A DNA stretch of 64,000 nt from Octopus bimaculoides (Eukaryota): NCBI RefSeq assembly GCF_001194135.2, contig NC_068990.1:82307673-82371672 (forward strand), written 5' to 3'. A program made the translations under genes and the position numbers. Shown here in pieces: positions 26,794 through 38,701 of this stretch. Positions within the stretch are counted from its first letter, which is position 1. The number at the start of each line of letters is the position of its first letter. Under the pieces are notes generated by a model, which was given only the letters and a program-made list of their open reading frames with translations, did not search any database and was not told where the DNA came from.

Positions 26794-27176
26794 GTCTAAT
26801 GTTTCAGGAAAGAAACATTAGGCATTATTTCTCATTTGAGAATACATACATACATACATACATACATACATACGTACATACATACATACGTACGTACGTA
26901 CATACATGCATGCATGCATACATATATACATACAAGCGTGCATACATATATACTTCCATATATATGCATATATATATATATNNNNNNNNNNNNNNNNNNN
27001 NNNNNNNNNNNNNNNNNNNNNNNNNNNNNNNNNNNNNNNNNNNNNNNNNNNNNNNNNNNNNNNNNNNNNNNNNNNNNNNNNNNNNNNNNNNNNNNNNNNN
27101 NNNNNNNNNNNNNNNNNNNNNNNNNNNNNNNNNNNNNNNNNNNNNNNNNNNNNNNNCTCCCTCTCTCTCTCCCTCA

Positions 27177-27218
<42 letters not shown>

Positions 27219-27365
27219 ATCTGTGTATGTATATATATCTATATACATATACATACATGTGTGTTTGTGTGTGTTTGTGTGTGTATGTGTGTGTGTGTGT
27301 GTTTATGTGTGTACATTTATTCTCAGATGAGAAATAATGGCTAATGTTTTGCCGATACATTAAAC
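26794..27365. repeat. About 50-bp imperfect inverted repeats enclosing a microsatellite block and a gap
   Basis: cattaggcattatttctcatttgagaata (26816-26844) versus tattctcagatgagaaataatggctaatg (27318-27346): 27/29 complementary, with weaker similarity extending to 26794 and 27365. Confidence 0.75.
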
Positions 27366-27507
27366 TCGATTTTGTCTCAACTACGTTCACAAACACATGA
27401 GAGCGTGCGAACACGTTACCTACGCACGCAAAAACACATACACGCATACACATACACACGCAAACACAACATTACAACACTTCGGATTTTATTGACTGTC
27501 TAATTCC

Positions 27508-27558
27508 TGACGTCACTAGTCTGCAAGTGTATTAGTCCTGCTGCGCCAATTCTATATA
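27508..27558 (+). promoter_or_regulatory. Possible Pol II promoter motif cluster (CRE, CCAAT, TATA-like)
   Basis: TGACGTCA 27508-27515, CCAAT 27546-27550, TATATA 27553-27558. Motif presence only; no expression evidence. Confidence 0.2.
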
Positions 27559-28587
27559 GTTTCTATTCGAACTGAGTAAGGGAGGAAATTTCACCTTGCT
27601 GCTTAAACAGAAGGAAGCGAGTTCAGAAGGGGTGAGCCTAGGAAAACCTAGCAGGGTAGTTGGTTTTCCTGCTAGATGTTGCACTTAAATACTTCTCAGT
27701 TTAAAACCTAACGCTTTTAAAAAGGTTTCACCAGGTTGTTTTTTTTTACAATGTAAAGTATACTTGAAAATAAAGATTGAGAAGACCATCGTATGGATGC
27801 TTTTAATCATACGTCTGCTTGATCAGGGCCAACTTGGAGCTAAACAACAACAACAACACAAATAATAACAACAACAAGAACAACAAAACAACAACAATAA
27901 CAACCACAACATTAATATCAATTCAAAGAACAGGAGCAATAAACAAACCAGACCAGACCTTGGCTACCGTTGTTTCCGGTGTTTCATCTGCTTCCGTTGC
28001 TCAAATCAAATTTACACACATAATACATTTCTTTTTTTCTTCTTCTTCTTTCTAGTAAGTCATATCATCTTACCAAAAACAACACATGGTAGAATTAGTA
28101 TTCAGAACAGGTGCCAGTTTCGGCCGTCTCTTTAGGAGCTGATCCAATTATATTTGACAGTGCCTACAGTCAGTGAGTTGGGTTTATGGGCCACAATTTT
28201 GAAAACACTTATCACTTTCCTTCTCTTCGTCTTCATCCTCCATCCCGTCTCCTCTATATTTGGGTCAATTAAGTAAAATTATTTAGTCCAAGCAAACTTG
28301 TAGATTTTCCTATTTATTTTACTTTACCATTATTCATTGTGGTTTTATTGGGTATGTATCGTAGCCAAAATCTCTCTTCTTATACATCACATGTGATTTA
28401 CATTGGTAGCTGGAGACGTCTGAGACTGTAAACATAACTTTCGTCATTTTTCTTTTAGTAAAGACACAAATATATATGCGTGTGTGTATGTGTATGTATG
28501 TATGTATGTGTNNNNNNNNNNNNNNNNNNNNNNNNNNNNNNNNNNNNNNNNNNNNNNNNNNNNNNTATATATGTATGTATATATATG

Positions 28588-28622
<35 letters not shown>

Positions 28623-29412
28623 ATGTTGTCGTTGTTTCTTTTCCATACACATCAATCTTGCGTTCCAGCAGTAATCGCCCCGACTGTTTTTTGTGTGGTG
28701 GCAATGTATGACCACATTAACATAATATTTTTGTATTCAATATGGCGGTTTGTGATTTTATTGTTGGTTGTTTCTTTGCGTAGCTGATAAGGAATTGTAA
28801 GTTAACTACATAGCCATCCTTACAACAGGAGAAAAATGTCTCGCAAAATACTTATGGAAACTATATGTATTTCCTACAGAAATCCACATAGAAGAAAATG
28901 AAACCATTTCCAATAACAGCGAAAATATTAAAGAAACTACAGGCAAACTGAACAAGGAGATGTACCCTTTTGCTGTTGGCAAAGCATTTTTAGAATATAA
29001 AAATAGTATAGAATAGCCATGATTTAACCCTTAGGAATTGTATTCGCGATCTTTTATGGGCCCCCAGTAACAGTGCTCATACATATATACATATATATAT
29101 AACCATACACACATATATGCGCCTGTACACACAGGCACGTGCGTGCAACTTGTTTCATTGACCGTGCATTGTGATTGTAAGGGAGACAATGATCTTGTTA
29201 GAAGTCAATATTATTTAGTTTTCTATTGTGGTAGGGTGTGTATAAAATTTGCGAATAGATCATATACCATACAATTTATTCGCTTTAAATACGAAGTCAT
29301 CAATACTAGTGGAAAGTTATTTCTGTTTACTTGAATCTCATGAGTTTAAGTTGTGGAAGATTCCTCAGTTAAACGATATTATTTCGTTATAAAAGAAGAG
29401 AAGGAAAGAGAG

Positions 29413-29465
<53 letters not shown>

Positions 29466-29877
29466 AGAGAACATTTTAGCAACAAGAAAGGTTGAGAAGA
29501 GACACGTAAAGCTTTTTCATGGAGTTTTTCTACCAAAGTTCGTTAGTTGTGCTAGTTGTGCTCCTAGCAAATTAAATCTAGCCATGGAGGAATGTAGTGG
29601 CGGACAAAAAACAAGACAGGAAAACAAACAGAAAAGGCTTTACGACCAGACGAGAAAAATTATGTGTGTATGAACGCGATGAGGCACGGACCCGAGAGGG
29701 ACAAAGTGGTGCGTGCGTTGCTTGGCGAAAGCCAAGGAAGGAAAGGATTATTGACCGGAAGCATGTGACCATGCCGATGTAAAGGGAAGAGAGAGAGTGG
29801 TAGAGGGAGAAACAGAGGGAGGAAGTAGAAGAATAGGTGAGCAACGAGAGGAAAAGAGAAAGAGAGGAAATACGAGG

Positions 29878-30846
29878 NNNNNNNNNNNNNNNNNNNNNNN
29901 NNNNNNNNNNNNNNNNNNNNNNNNNNNNNNNNNNNNNNNNNNNNNNNNNNNNNNNNNNNNNNNNNNNNNNNNNNNNNNNNNNNNNNNNNNNNNNNNNNNN
30001 NNNNNNNNNNNNNNNNNNNNNNNNNNNNNNNNNNNNNNNNNNNNNNNNNNNNNNNNNNNNNNNNNNNNNNNNNNNNNNNNNNNNNNNNNNNNNNNNNNNN
30101 NNNNNNNNNNNNNNNNNNNNNNNNNNNNNNNNNNNNNNNNNNNNNNNNNNNNNNNNNNNNNNNNNNNNNNNNNNNNNNNNNNNNNNNNNNNNNNNNNNNN
30201 NNNNNNNNNNNNNNNNNNNNNNNNNNNNNNNNNNNNNNNNNNNNNNNNNNNNNNNNNNNNNNNNNNNNNNNNNNNNNNNNNNNNNNNNNNNNNNNNNNNN
30301 NNNNNNNNNNNNNNNNNNNNNNNNNNNNNNNNNNNNNNNNNNNNNNNNNNNNNNNNNNNNNNNNNNNNNNNNNNNNNNNNNNNNNNNNNNNNNNNNNNNN
30401 NNNNNNNNNNNNNNNNNNNNNNNNNNNNNNNNNNNNNNNNNNNNNNNNNNNNNNNNNNNNNNNNNNNNNNNNNNNNNNNNNNNNNNNNNNNNNNNNNNNN
30501 NNNNNNNNNNNNNNNNNNNNNNNNNNNNNNNNNNNNNNNNNNNNNNNNNNNNNNNNNNNNNNNNNNNNNNNNNNNNNNNNNNNNNNNNNNNNNNNNNNNN
30601 NNNNNNNNNNNNNNNNNNNNNNNNNNNNNNNNNNNNNNNNNNNNNNNNNNNNNNNNNNNNNNNNNNNNNNNNNNNNNNNNNNNNNNNNNNNNNNNNNNNN
30701 NNNNNNNNNNNNNNNNNNNNNNNNNNNNNNNNNNNNNNNNNNNNNNNNNNNNNNNNNNNNNNNNNNNNNNNNNNNNNNNNNNNNNNNNNNNNNNNNNNNN
30801 NNNNNNNNNNNNNNNNNNNNNNNNNNNNNNNNNNNNNNNNNNNNNN
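29878..30846. other. Largest of 14 assembly gaps (others: 7455-8055, 13954-13963, 16890-17286, 24974-25030, 26982-27156, 28512-28565, 33799-34486, 39365-39700, 44650-44801, 49235-49531, 51337-51422, 57712-57869, 62991-63792)
   Basis: Runs of N; most are bordered by microsatellites. Confidence 0.99.
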
Positions 30847-31075
30847 ATATGTATGTATACATATATATATATATGTACATGTATATATATGTATGTATAC
30901 ACATATATATATATATACATGATGTGCATACATACGAATATTTTTACATAAATATATAAAACATACACATCCTTCTACAAACTGGCCACAATTTGTATGC
31001 ATATGTGTGCATTTGTGTGTATATTTATATATATATATGTATATGTATACACACACAGCCTCCCTCCCTGCCTGC

Positions 31076-31136
<61 letters not shown>

Positions 31137-31507
31137 ACACATGCACGGTAACACGCACAAGTACGCACACACACACACAAGTACACATAAACACACACAT
31201 AAACACATACACACACACACACAAACACATACATACATACAGTCAGATATACAGGTTTATAAATACATATGTCTATATGACAGGAGTGAGAGGTAGAGGA
31301 AGTGAGAGTGAATGACAACGAAACATAAATCGTATAAAAAAAGAATGAAGAAGAAAAAAGAAAGCATTGAGAAGTGGACTATGAAGAAATGGCGGAAAAC
31401 TATTGATTTGTTTCGAAGGAACAAGAAGAAAAAAAAAGGAAGAGATTTATAATGAATGAGAAAGAAAGACTGTAATAAAGAATGAAGGTAAGAGAGGAAA
31501 CGTAAGC

Positions 31508-31557
<50 letters not shown>

Positions 31558-32084
31558 ATGAGGGGGAAAGAAAAAAGAGGAAAAGGGGAAAATGTGTAAG
31601 CGGAGAAGAGGTCATGAGATATTTATATGGTGATTAGTTTGATTGTCAGTAGAGTTCATTGTGAGTGTTCATATTAGCATATTACCACATTACTAAAGTG
31701 TCTGCCAGTGTATGGCAATCTGATTCTTTATACAAGTTCTCAGCCCCGCCAAAAGTTTGTAGCAGCGTAAAGAAAGAAACGAGGACAAAGATATAGACAC
31801 GAAGTAAGTGGTAAACCAAGCCCATTTGTTAAAACTCGCAAACGAAACAATATTAATCTTAATATATTCCATTCTATTTGGTGTGGAGACCTGCCGAAGC
31901 CATTTCACTTTATTTTTCACTATCATCACATCCACTTCCTGGAGAATAGTGACGCTTCTACATGATCACTCGACATGCTGGAAATCATAGCCAGATTTCC
32001 CCTACCGTCATCATAACTTTTTTTAAAATTAGAAGGAAGGCCATATAGTTTATTGGATAATTATTTCTAACATTGTCAGAAGGA

Positions 32085-32610
32085 CCCTGATTTGACTTGT
32101 ATTGTATTCTGTTGACTTCCAGAAGAATGAAATGTGAAGTTTATGTCGGTGAGGTTTGAACTCTGGGCATAAAATACCAGAACGAAACCAGTAGAGTAAT
32201 ATGCCCGAGGGTCAAGCGATTCTGCTAATCCACTGCCTCTAGCAACAACTGTTTCTAATATATATATACATAGCAGTAAGGTGGCGATCGGGTAGAATCA
32301 TTAGCATGCCGGACGAAATACTTACCAGCATTTCGTCCGTCTTGACGTTGTGTGTTCAAATTCCGCCGGGGTCGACTTTGACTTTCATCCTTTCGGGATG
32401 AATAAAATCAGTATTAATTGAAAACTGATTTTGATGTAATCGACTTAGCCCCTTCCGCGAAATTACTGGCCTTGTGCCAAAATTTGAAGCCAATACAGAC
32501 ACAACAGGAGAAATTTTGTAGGAGGAATAAGTCGATCAAATCAACTCCAGTACTTAGATGGTACTTTATTTTATCGACCCCAGACAGATGAAAGACAAAA
32601 TTAACTTCAG
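32085..32610. mobile_element. Cluster of three SINE family A copies (about 32085-32240 minus, degenerate; 32279-32494 plus; 32510-32610 minus, partial)
   Basis: The plus copy has gttcaaattccgccggggtcgactttgactttcatcctttcggg; the neighbours show the reverse-complement core with more divergence. Confidence 0.78.
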
Positions 32611-34938
32611 CTCGTTGAATAATGTAGTCGTATATAAGTTATTTGAAAATAAGATAGATACTGAAAAAGCTCAAATACTAGTGAATAAGTTATATGTTAC
32701 CTTCCAGAAGTTAGGATGTAATGTGAAGTAGTAAAGTAAATTTCCTTTGCAGATATTTAGATTACTTCCTACCACTTGTTGTTACTGAAGTGTAAGCAAA
32801 ACGTTTCCACCAAACAATAAATAAAGAAGATAACTAGGCGGGTAGAATACGGAATAGCAAACTATTGTTAGTGCCTAATATGAGAAACAAATAGTAGTGA
32901 TTATGTTCAACGATATAAGAAGAGAAAGATGCAGTCTCATACAGTACATCTGCAGAACCAACCTTGTATTTCATGCTTATTCTACATTCCGATATTGAAT
33001 TAACATGAAATCTATTGAATTTGTTGGTTGGAAGATGTATTTTTCTCCATAATATAGGGCTGTTTAGTATTACGTGTGCTATTTCAGTGATATTTGATAT
33101 ATTTTACTGGGATTATTTTGCGTGGCAAAGTAGCATATGAACAACTAAATTCGTATCATAAAATATATCAATTTTTAATTTTTATTTTTTTGAATTTATC
33201 TAATTCTCATAAATATAAACGTAAAGTAGTATCTTATGGTTAGTGGAAAGGGATAGATTTTCTAAAACATCTAAAATGACCATGTTTGCTATCATATCAT
33301 ATTACTGCATCTTCTCTTGTACCAATAAAGTATATTTCGTATGGACTATATTGCCAAACTTTGAATATGCTTTCCTGAAACAAATACACGTGATAAAGAA
33401 ATGCAAGGTTCCAATAAATATAATGAACACCTTATATGAAGGAAAAAAAAATGGTTTTAAATGTAGCCTTATGCAATCTACAAATGTTTCACAATTTAAT
33501 GAATGCCGCTATGAGACCGTATGATATGCTATAAATAACAGCCAAATTTCCTTCGCTCCCACTGGAACTTACAGCCTTAAAGAAATAGTAAGAACACTTT
33601 AGATAACGTAGCCTACGATAAACTGTGCCTGGAAAATAAAGATAAACAGGATCGATCTGTGTTTCTAATTATATCTGAGACATCATTGGTCAGCTCATCC
33701 ACAACAACGACAACAGCAACAATAACAACTATATTTGCTTGTTGCTCATATATTTGTCTTCGTCTTTTGTATTTCTATAAATTTCAACTATATATATANN
33801 NNNNNNNNNNNNNNNNNNNNNNNNNNNNNNNNNNNNNNNNNNNNNNNNNNNNNNNNNNNNNNNNNNNNNNNNNNNNNNNNNNNNNNNNNNNNNNNNNNNN
33901 NNNNNNNNNNNNNNNNNNNNNNNNNNNNNNNNNNNNNNNNNNNNNNNNNNNNNNNNNNNNNNNNNNNNNNNNNNNNNNNNNNNNNNNNNNNNNNNNNNNN
34001 NNNNNNNNNNNNNNNNNNNNNNNNNNNNNNNNNNNNNNNNNNNNNNNNNNNNNNNNNNNNNNNNNNNNNNNNNNNNNNNNNNNNNNNNNNNNNNNNNNNN
34101 NNNNNNNNNNNNNNNNNNNNNNNNNNNNNNNNNNNNNNNNNNNNNNNNNNNNNNNNNNNNNNNNNNNNNNNNNNNNNNNNNNNNNNNNNNNNNNNNNNNN
34201 NNNNNNNNNNNNNNNNNNNNNNNNNNNNNNNNNNNNNNNNNNNNNNNNNNNNNNNNNNNNNNNNNNNNNNNNNNNNNNNNNNNNNNNNNNNNNNNNNNNN
34301 NNNNNNNNNNNNNNNNNNNNNNNNNNNNNNNNNNNNNNNNNNNNNNNNNNNNNNNNNNNNNNNNNNNNNNNNNNNNNNNNNNNNNNNNNNNNNNNNNNNN
34401 NNNNNNNNNNNNNNNNNNNNNNNNNNNNNNNNNNNNNNNNNNNNNNNNNNNNNNNNNNNNNNNNNNNNNNNNNNNNNNNNNNNNNNCATATTGTTTGTTC
34501 ATCCGTCGCTGTCGAAGAGAACTAAGGACGTCAGTGTGTGTGTGTGTGTGTGTGTTATCTTTGAGTGGAGAATGAAAGAATTGTTAGAGCCAACAAGTTG
34601 CAAAGTGCTTATGAGTTTTGTTAGAGACATCTATGTCGAGATAGTCTTTAAAATTCCAATGAGAAATTTTTTATTCCGTTTCATACATCGTTTGGGAAGC
34701 AGTTATACAGCATATGATCGTTAAACGCCAAGCTGCTGCTAGACACACATATATTTCTTTGATGGGTTACATGAATGGGGCTGTGGGTTCGATTCTGATC
34801 AGAGCGCTGTGACGATGGTTCTTATTTTATATTGTACCACACCACTAGTTTACAAGCCCATTTGTTTTTGTTTTTCCAACATCAATTTCAAATTAAAATT
34901 CTAACCCGTTTTTTTGTTTGTTTTTATTTCTAATATAG

Positions 34939-35269
34939 ATGCCTACACCAGAACTCTACCTCCACCTTCCCATTGTCATAAAAAGAGGATACTTCCGACA
35001 GGTTCCTCTGATAGTTGATTACTTAAAAGTTGATGTAAACGAGCGAGATGAAGATGGGAAGACTGCGCTGATCCTTTGCTGTTATATAATACCCGAACAG
35101 TATGGAGTGAGCTTAGCTCAGATGCTCATCACAAAAGGCTGTTACTTAGAACTCTCCGATAAATATGGAATGAATGTTCTTCATCATGCATGCATTTACG
35201 AACGCCTGAAATTGATCAAGGTCATCCTCAGAGCTTTGGCATTTTCTCCCGATAAGAAAGATCATTTTG
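34939..35269 (+). CDS. Coding exon of an ankyrin-repeat protein (N-terminal ANK repeats; ANKRD34/ANKRD63-like architecture); rest of gene not located
   Basis: Translation MPTPELYLHLPIVIKRGYFRQVPLIVDYLKVDVNERDEDGKTALILCCYIIPEQYGVSLAQMLITKGCYLELSDKYGMNVLHHACIYERLKLIKVILRALAFSPDKKDHF(G) has consecutive ankyrin motifs (DVNERDEDGKTALILCC; LELSDKYGMNVLHHAC; start of a further repeat KDHFG). A pyrimidine-rich acceptor (...tttttatttctaatatAG) lies directly before the ATG at 34939. A donor G|GTTAGT at 35270 (phase 1) means the TAG at 35272 is intronic. Family resemblance is from memory. Confidence 0.88.
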
Positions 35270-36080
35270 GTTAGTATTTGTGCTTGACTTTATAATTAAA
35301 TAGTTGCATAATAATTTGATTAATTATCTATTCTAACAGAATTATTTATTTATTTATACTTTTATTGAAATTAAGTTATTTTTTTACTTCTAATACTTTT
35401 AATATTTTAATTCTGTTATCTCACAATTAAAGTTTTAATTTGTCTACGTCTACAATACTTATTAATTATTGCCAATTATTCAATTATCATTTTTTCTTAC
35501 ATAATTAGATTGTATCATATTTATTAAAAATATATTTTAATCACTTTGTTTTTCACCGATTATACGCTGGCTTCACACTACATATATATCGTCTAACATG
35601 CAACGGTGAAAGGTATCATAACAGAATTAAAGAATTAGATATGAACAATAAATCACGTGATTATATTAGAAACTTGTATGTTTTTGCATGACTAAAAATT
35701 TATTTCTCATAACGATGTCAAGACAAAATATGAATTTCATTTCGAGACGACAGCCCACCCCCACCAAAAAATTAAAATATTCAAAAATCAGATATGCAAT
35801 AGATACAAGTATAAATACATACATAATACATGTATACATGTACATGCATAAATAAACATAAATATCTATGTATGATTGCGGTCATGCTGGGGCACTGCTT
35901 TGTAAAACTTGTCGGATAAATCAAACTTCTGAATTTATCTTAAGTTTCTATTGGTCGGCTTTGACGGACCACCAGGTTACGGGAACGTTAAAATAACGCT
36001 GGCTGTCAAACATTGAGGGGACATAGACACACACACACATACACACACACACACACACTGTGTTTTCACAATTTCTGTGT

Positions 36081-36118
<38 letters not shown>

Positions 36119-36550
36119 GTGTGCGTGCGTATACACGACACGTTTTTAAACAGTTTTCGCTTATTGGCCCAGCTATAGTAGAAGATACTTGCCCGAGGTA
36201 TGACTTAGTGAAATTGAATCCAAAATTAGATGGCAGCGAAGCGAAATTACGAAACAAATAGTGCATCTGTGCATGTTTTTATCTCTTTTAATTATTTGAA
36301 TTATTCTTATAGAGAAGGAGTGGTTAACTAACAAAAAAGCCAAATCCCATTGCTGGAATGGAATTTAGGAAACATCAAGAGGGAAGAGTTACATGTTGAA
36401 TTTTTGAGACTGTTGAGAAATTTATACTTTTCCGATTGATTTTGCAGAGTGCTGTTAGCTGGTTAAAACATTCCAGGTTTTCGAGATTAAACTTAGATGT
36501 TTATTAACAGAACTAAATAAGACAGCTATCAGGCAGAATCGTTAGCACTT

Positions 36551-36877
36551 TTAAACTTGTGTTTTGCTCATGGCAGCGTCCTTGTAAGCTGTTTGAAACA
36601 TTACAACTGTTTCGGCCGCCTTTTTCCCCAGCTGAAAACATAATTTCACGGAAGTGCGCTGTTCCTTTGTCTCGGCCATCTCAAAAATCGCCGAACTGGG
36701 GAGAAGTATTGCAAAACAAAGACGCACCACGTGGCAGTATGACCTCACTGGACAACGTCGGTCGGCATACTGATGCCTGAGGGTCGCATCAAGTGGATTC
36801 TAGTGGCGGAAGCCTGAACTACTAAGGGTTTGTCTCACAGAATACGTTTCCGGTTACTTTTGGGGTACACTCTCGTA
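36551..36877 (-). mobile_element. 5' fragment of a second mariner family (TIR plus first 42 transposase codons)
   Basis: MAETKEQRTSVKLCFQLGKKAAETVVMFQTAYKDAAMSKTQV (36679-36551) is a typical mariner N-terminus. TIR-like end TAcgagagtgtaccccaaaagtaaccggaaa (minus strand) ends at 36877. Confidence 0.85.
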
Positions 36878-37346
36878 TTATTGTGGTGTACAGAGAAATT
36901 TTCCTTCGGTCAATTGTAGCGTTTCAGAGAATGTTATCGGGAAGTCAGTATTTCTTGAAGAATTCATTCCTGACTTTTAAGATATTAACTTTGGTACAAG
37001 ATTAATGTATTGGCTTTTGCTGCTGTTTCCTTTTATCACATCCTGTTTGAATTGATAATAAGCTGCTTCCCTTTAACAGAGCTTGTAAATATCATTGTTT
37101 ACGTGGAAGCTTGTACTTACTGTCAAGATCTATGGAACAGATTTCCTGTGACCTGTCAGATATACAAAACATTTTGGTACTGCTGCAAAGGCCTCATGAG
37201 ATATTATCTACGAGTGGAAGCCTTGGTAGAAATATTTGCAAAAAATCGGGTGTAGTACATTTTGGTCACTCATCATTTTTCATAGTCTTTTTACGCGATA
37301 TATTTTCGTTATGACTTTGGTATTGATAGTGCTTATCGTAAGAATG

Positions 37347-37389
<43 letters not shown>

Positions 37390-37390
37390 C

Positions 37391-37426
<36 letters not shown>

Positions 37427-38346
37427 GAGGGACAGAGAGATTGAGTGACAGAGAGAGACTATTTAAGCAAATGTTTTAGTTAGAGAAGCAATTTTTATGC
37501 GTTCACTGATATAAATTTCTTTTAGCAAAATTACACCCTTTTATCATCTTAAAACATGGTTTGGAAAACAATATATTTCTCAACATGTATTTCTACTGTA
37601 GACCTGCAGTCCATAATAAAAGGTTACGTAACTTGTGGATTTTTGTGCAGGAATGGAATTAGAGTGAAGATAAACAGAACTGAGTGTCTCCTGAGAAAAC
37701 CTCTTTTGAAATATTTATAACATCGGCGACTGTCATTCTCTTTTCATTTAGGATGGTAAGAATTGTAGATTATGCTTTTGTGAGCCTTTTAGCGACAGCA
37801 ACAAGGGCAGCAGGTACTTTTGCTAAAGGTACAGATTCCAGCAAATATGTATGTGAAATACAATTAATCAAACAATTTGTTACAAATTTCCTGCGGTGGT
37901 TTTTCCTTCTGTAGATATCCCCACATACTCTTATTTTAATCTGCCTGATTACCAGTCACTAATTTGAAAGACTGACAAAAGTATTAGGCGGGGTTCTGAA
38001 ACACTCCGAATGAAATTTAAGCAAACAACTGCTTATATTTTTCATTACTGGCTATATCTAGACATTTTGTGCTATATCTAGAAAATTTAGCATTTCAATA
38101 TAGCCGTCCTTATTCATTTTAAATACGCATGTGATCAAATTTCTTTTAAACGACACCTATATATATATATATATATTAAATTCAAATTACGACAAACGTA
38201 AATAAACAAACGAAGTTTGCTTTTAGAAGCGTTGAGATGTCTTTTAGAAAAGCCACCTACACTTTTCTTTGCAAAATAGGGATAGTTTATCCTGTTCAGG
38301 CTATATTATAAGCATTATTCTGCGATTGAGAATTTATAATTACTTC

Positions 38347-38407
<61 letters not shown>

Positions 38408-38424
38408 AATATAAATATATATAT

Positions 38425-38701
38425 ATTAATCGAAGTGTAGAGTATTATATATCCATTACAGCCGATCTTAACAATCACTCTAGGGATTCAACAAAGTGTT
38501 TGGTAACAATCCGATTATGAAACTCTGCACTCCTCTGAGGTAGCCATATGGAATGAAAGTTGCCATATTTAATTCCATAACGCTGATGAGCGCGGGTCTA
38601 CATAATCGGATTGTTACCGAAAGCTCCATTGAATCTCTAACGCGAAATCGATTGGTTAGGTCGGCCGTAATGGATATATAATATTGTACACTTCGATTAA
38701 T
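38425..38701. mobile_element. 277-bp imperfect foldback element containing a hammerhead-like motif
   Basis: 38425-38519 is an imperfect reverse complement of 38601-38701 (for example aatcgaagtgta/tacacttcgatt, tattatatatccattac/gtaatggatatataata, ggtaacaatccgattatg/cataatcggattgttacc), with an 81-nt spacer. Confidence 0.85.
38575..38660 (+). ncRNA. Candidate type I hammerhead ribozyme with long loop II and palindromic helix III
   Basis: Helix I ccataacg (38575-82) / ggttagg (38654-60), imperfect. Core CTGATGA 38583-89. Helix II GCG (38590-92) / CGC (38641-43). GAAA 38644-47. Self-complementary ATCGAT 38647-52. Predicted cleavage after T38653. Fitted by eye only. Confidence 0.5.

Noticed and set aside
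37010-37314. Two overlapping plus-strand ORFs downstream of the mariner end
   Set aside because: No homology recognisable on either strand and no ankyrin continuation.
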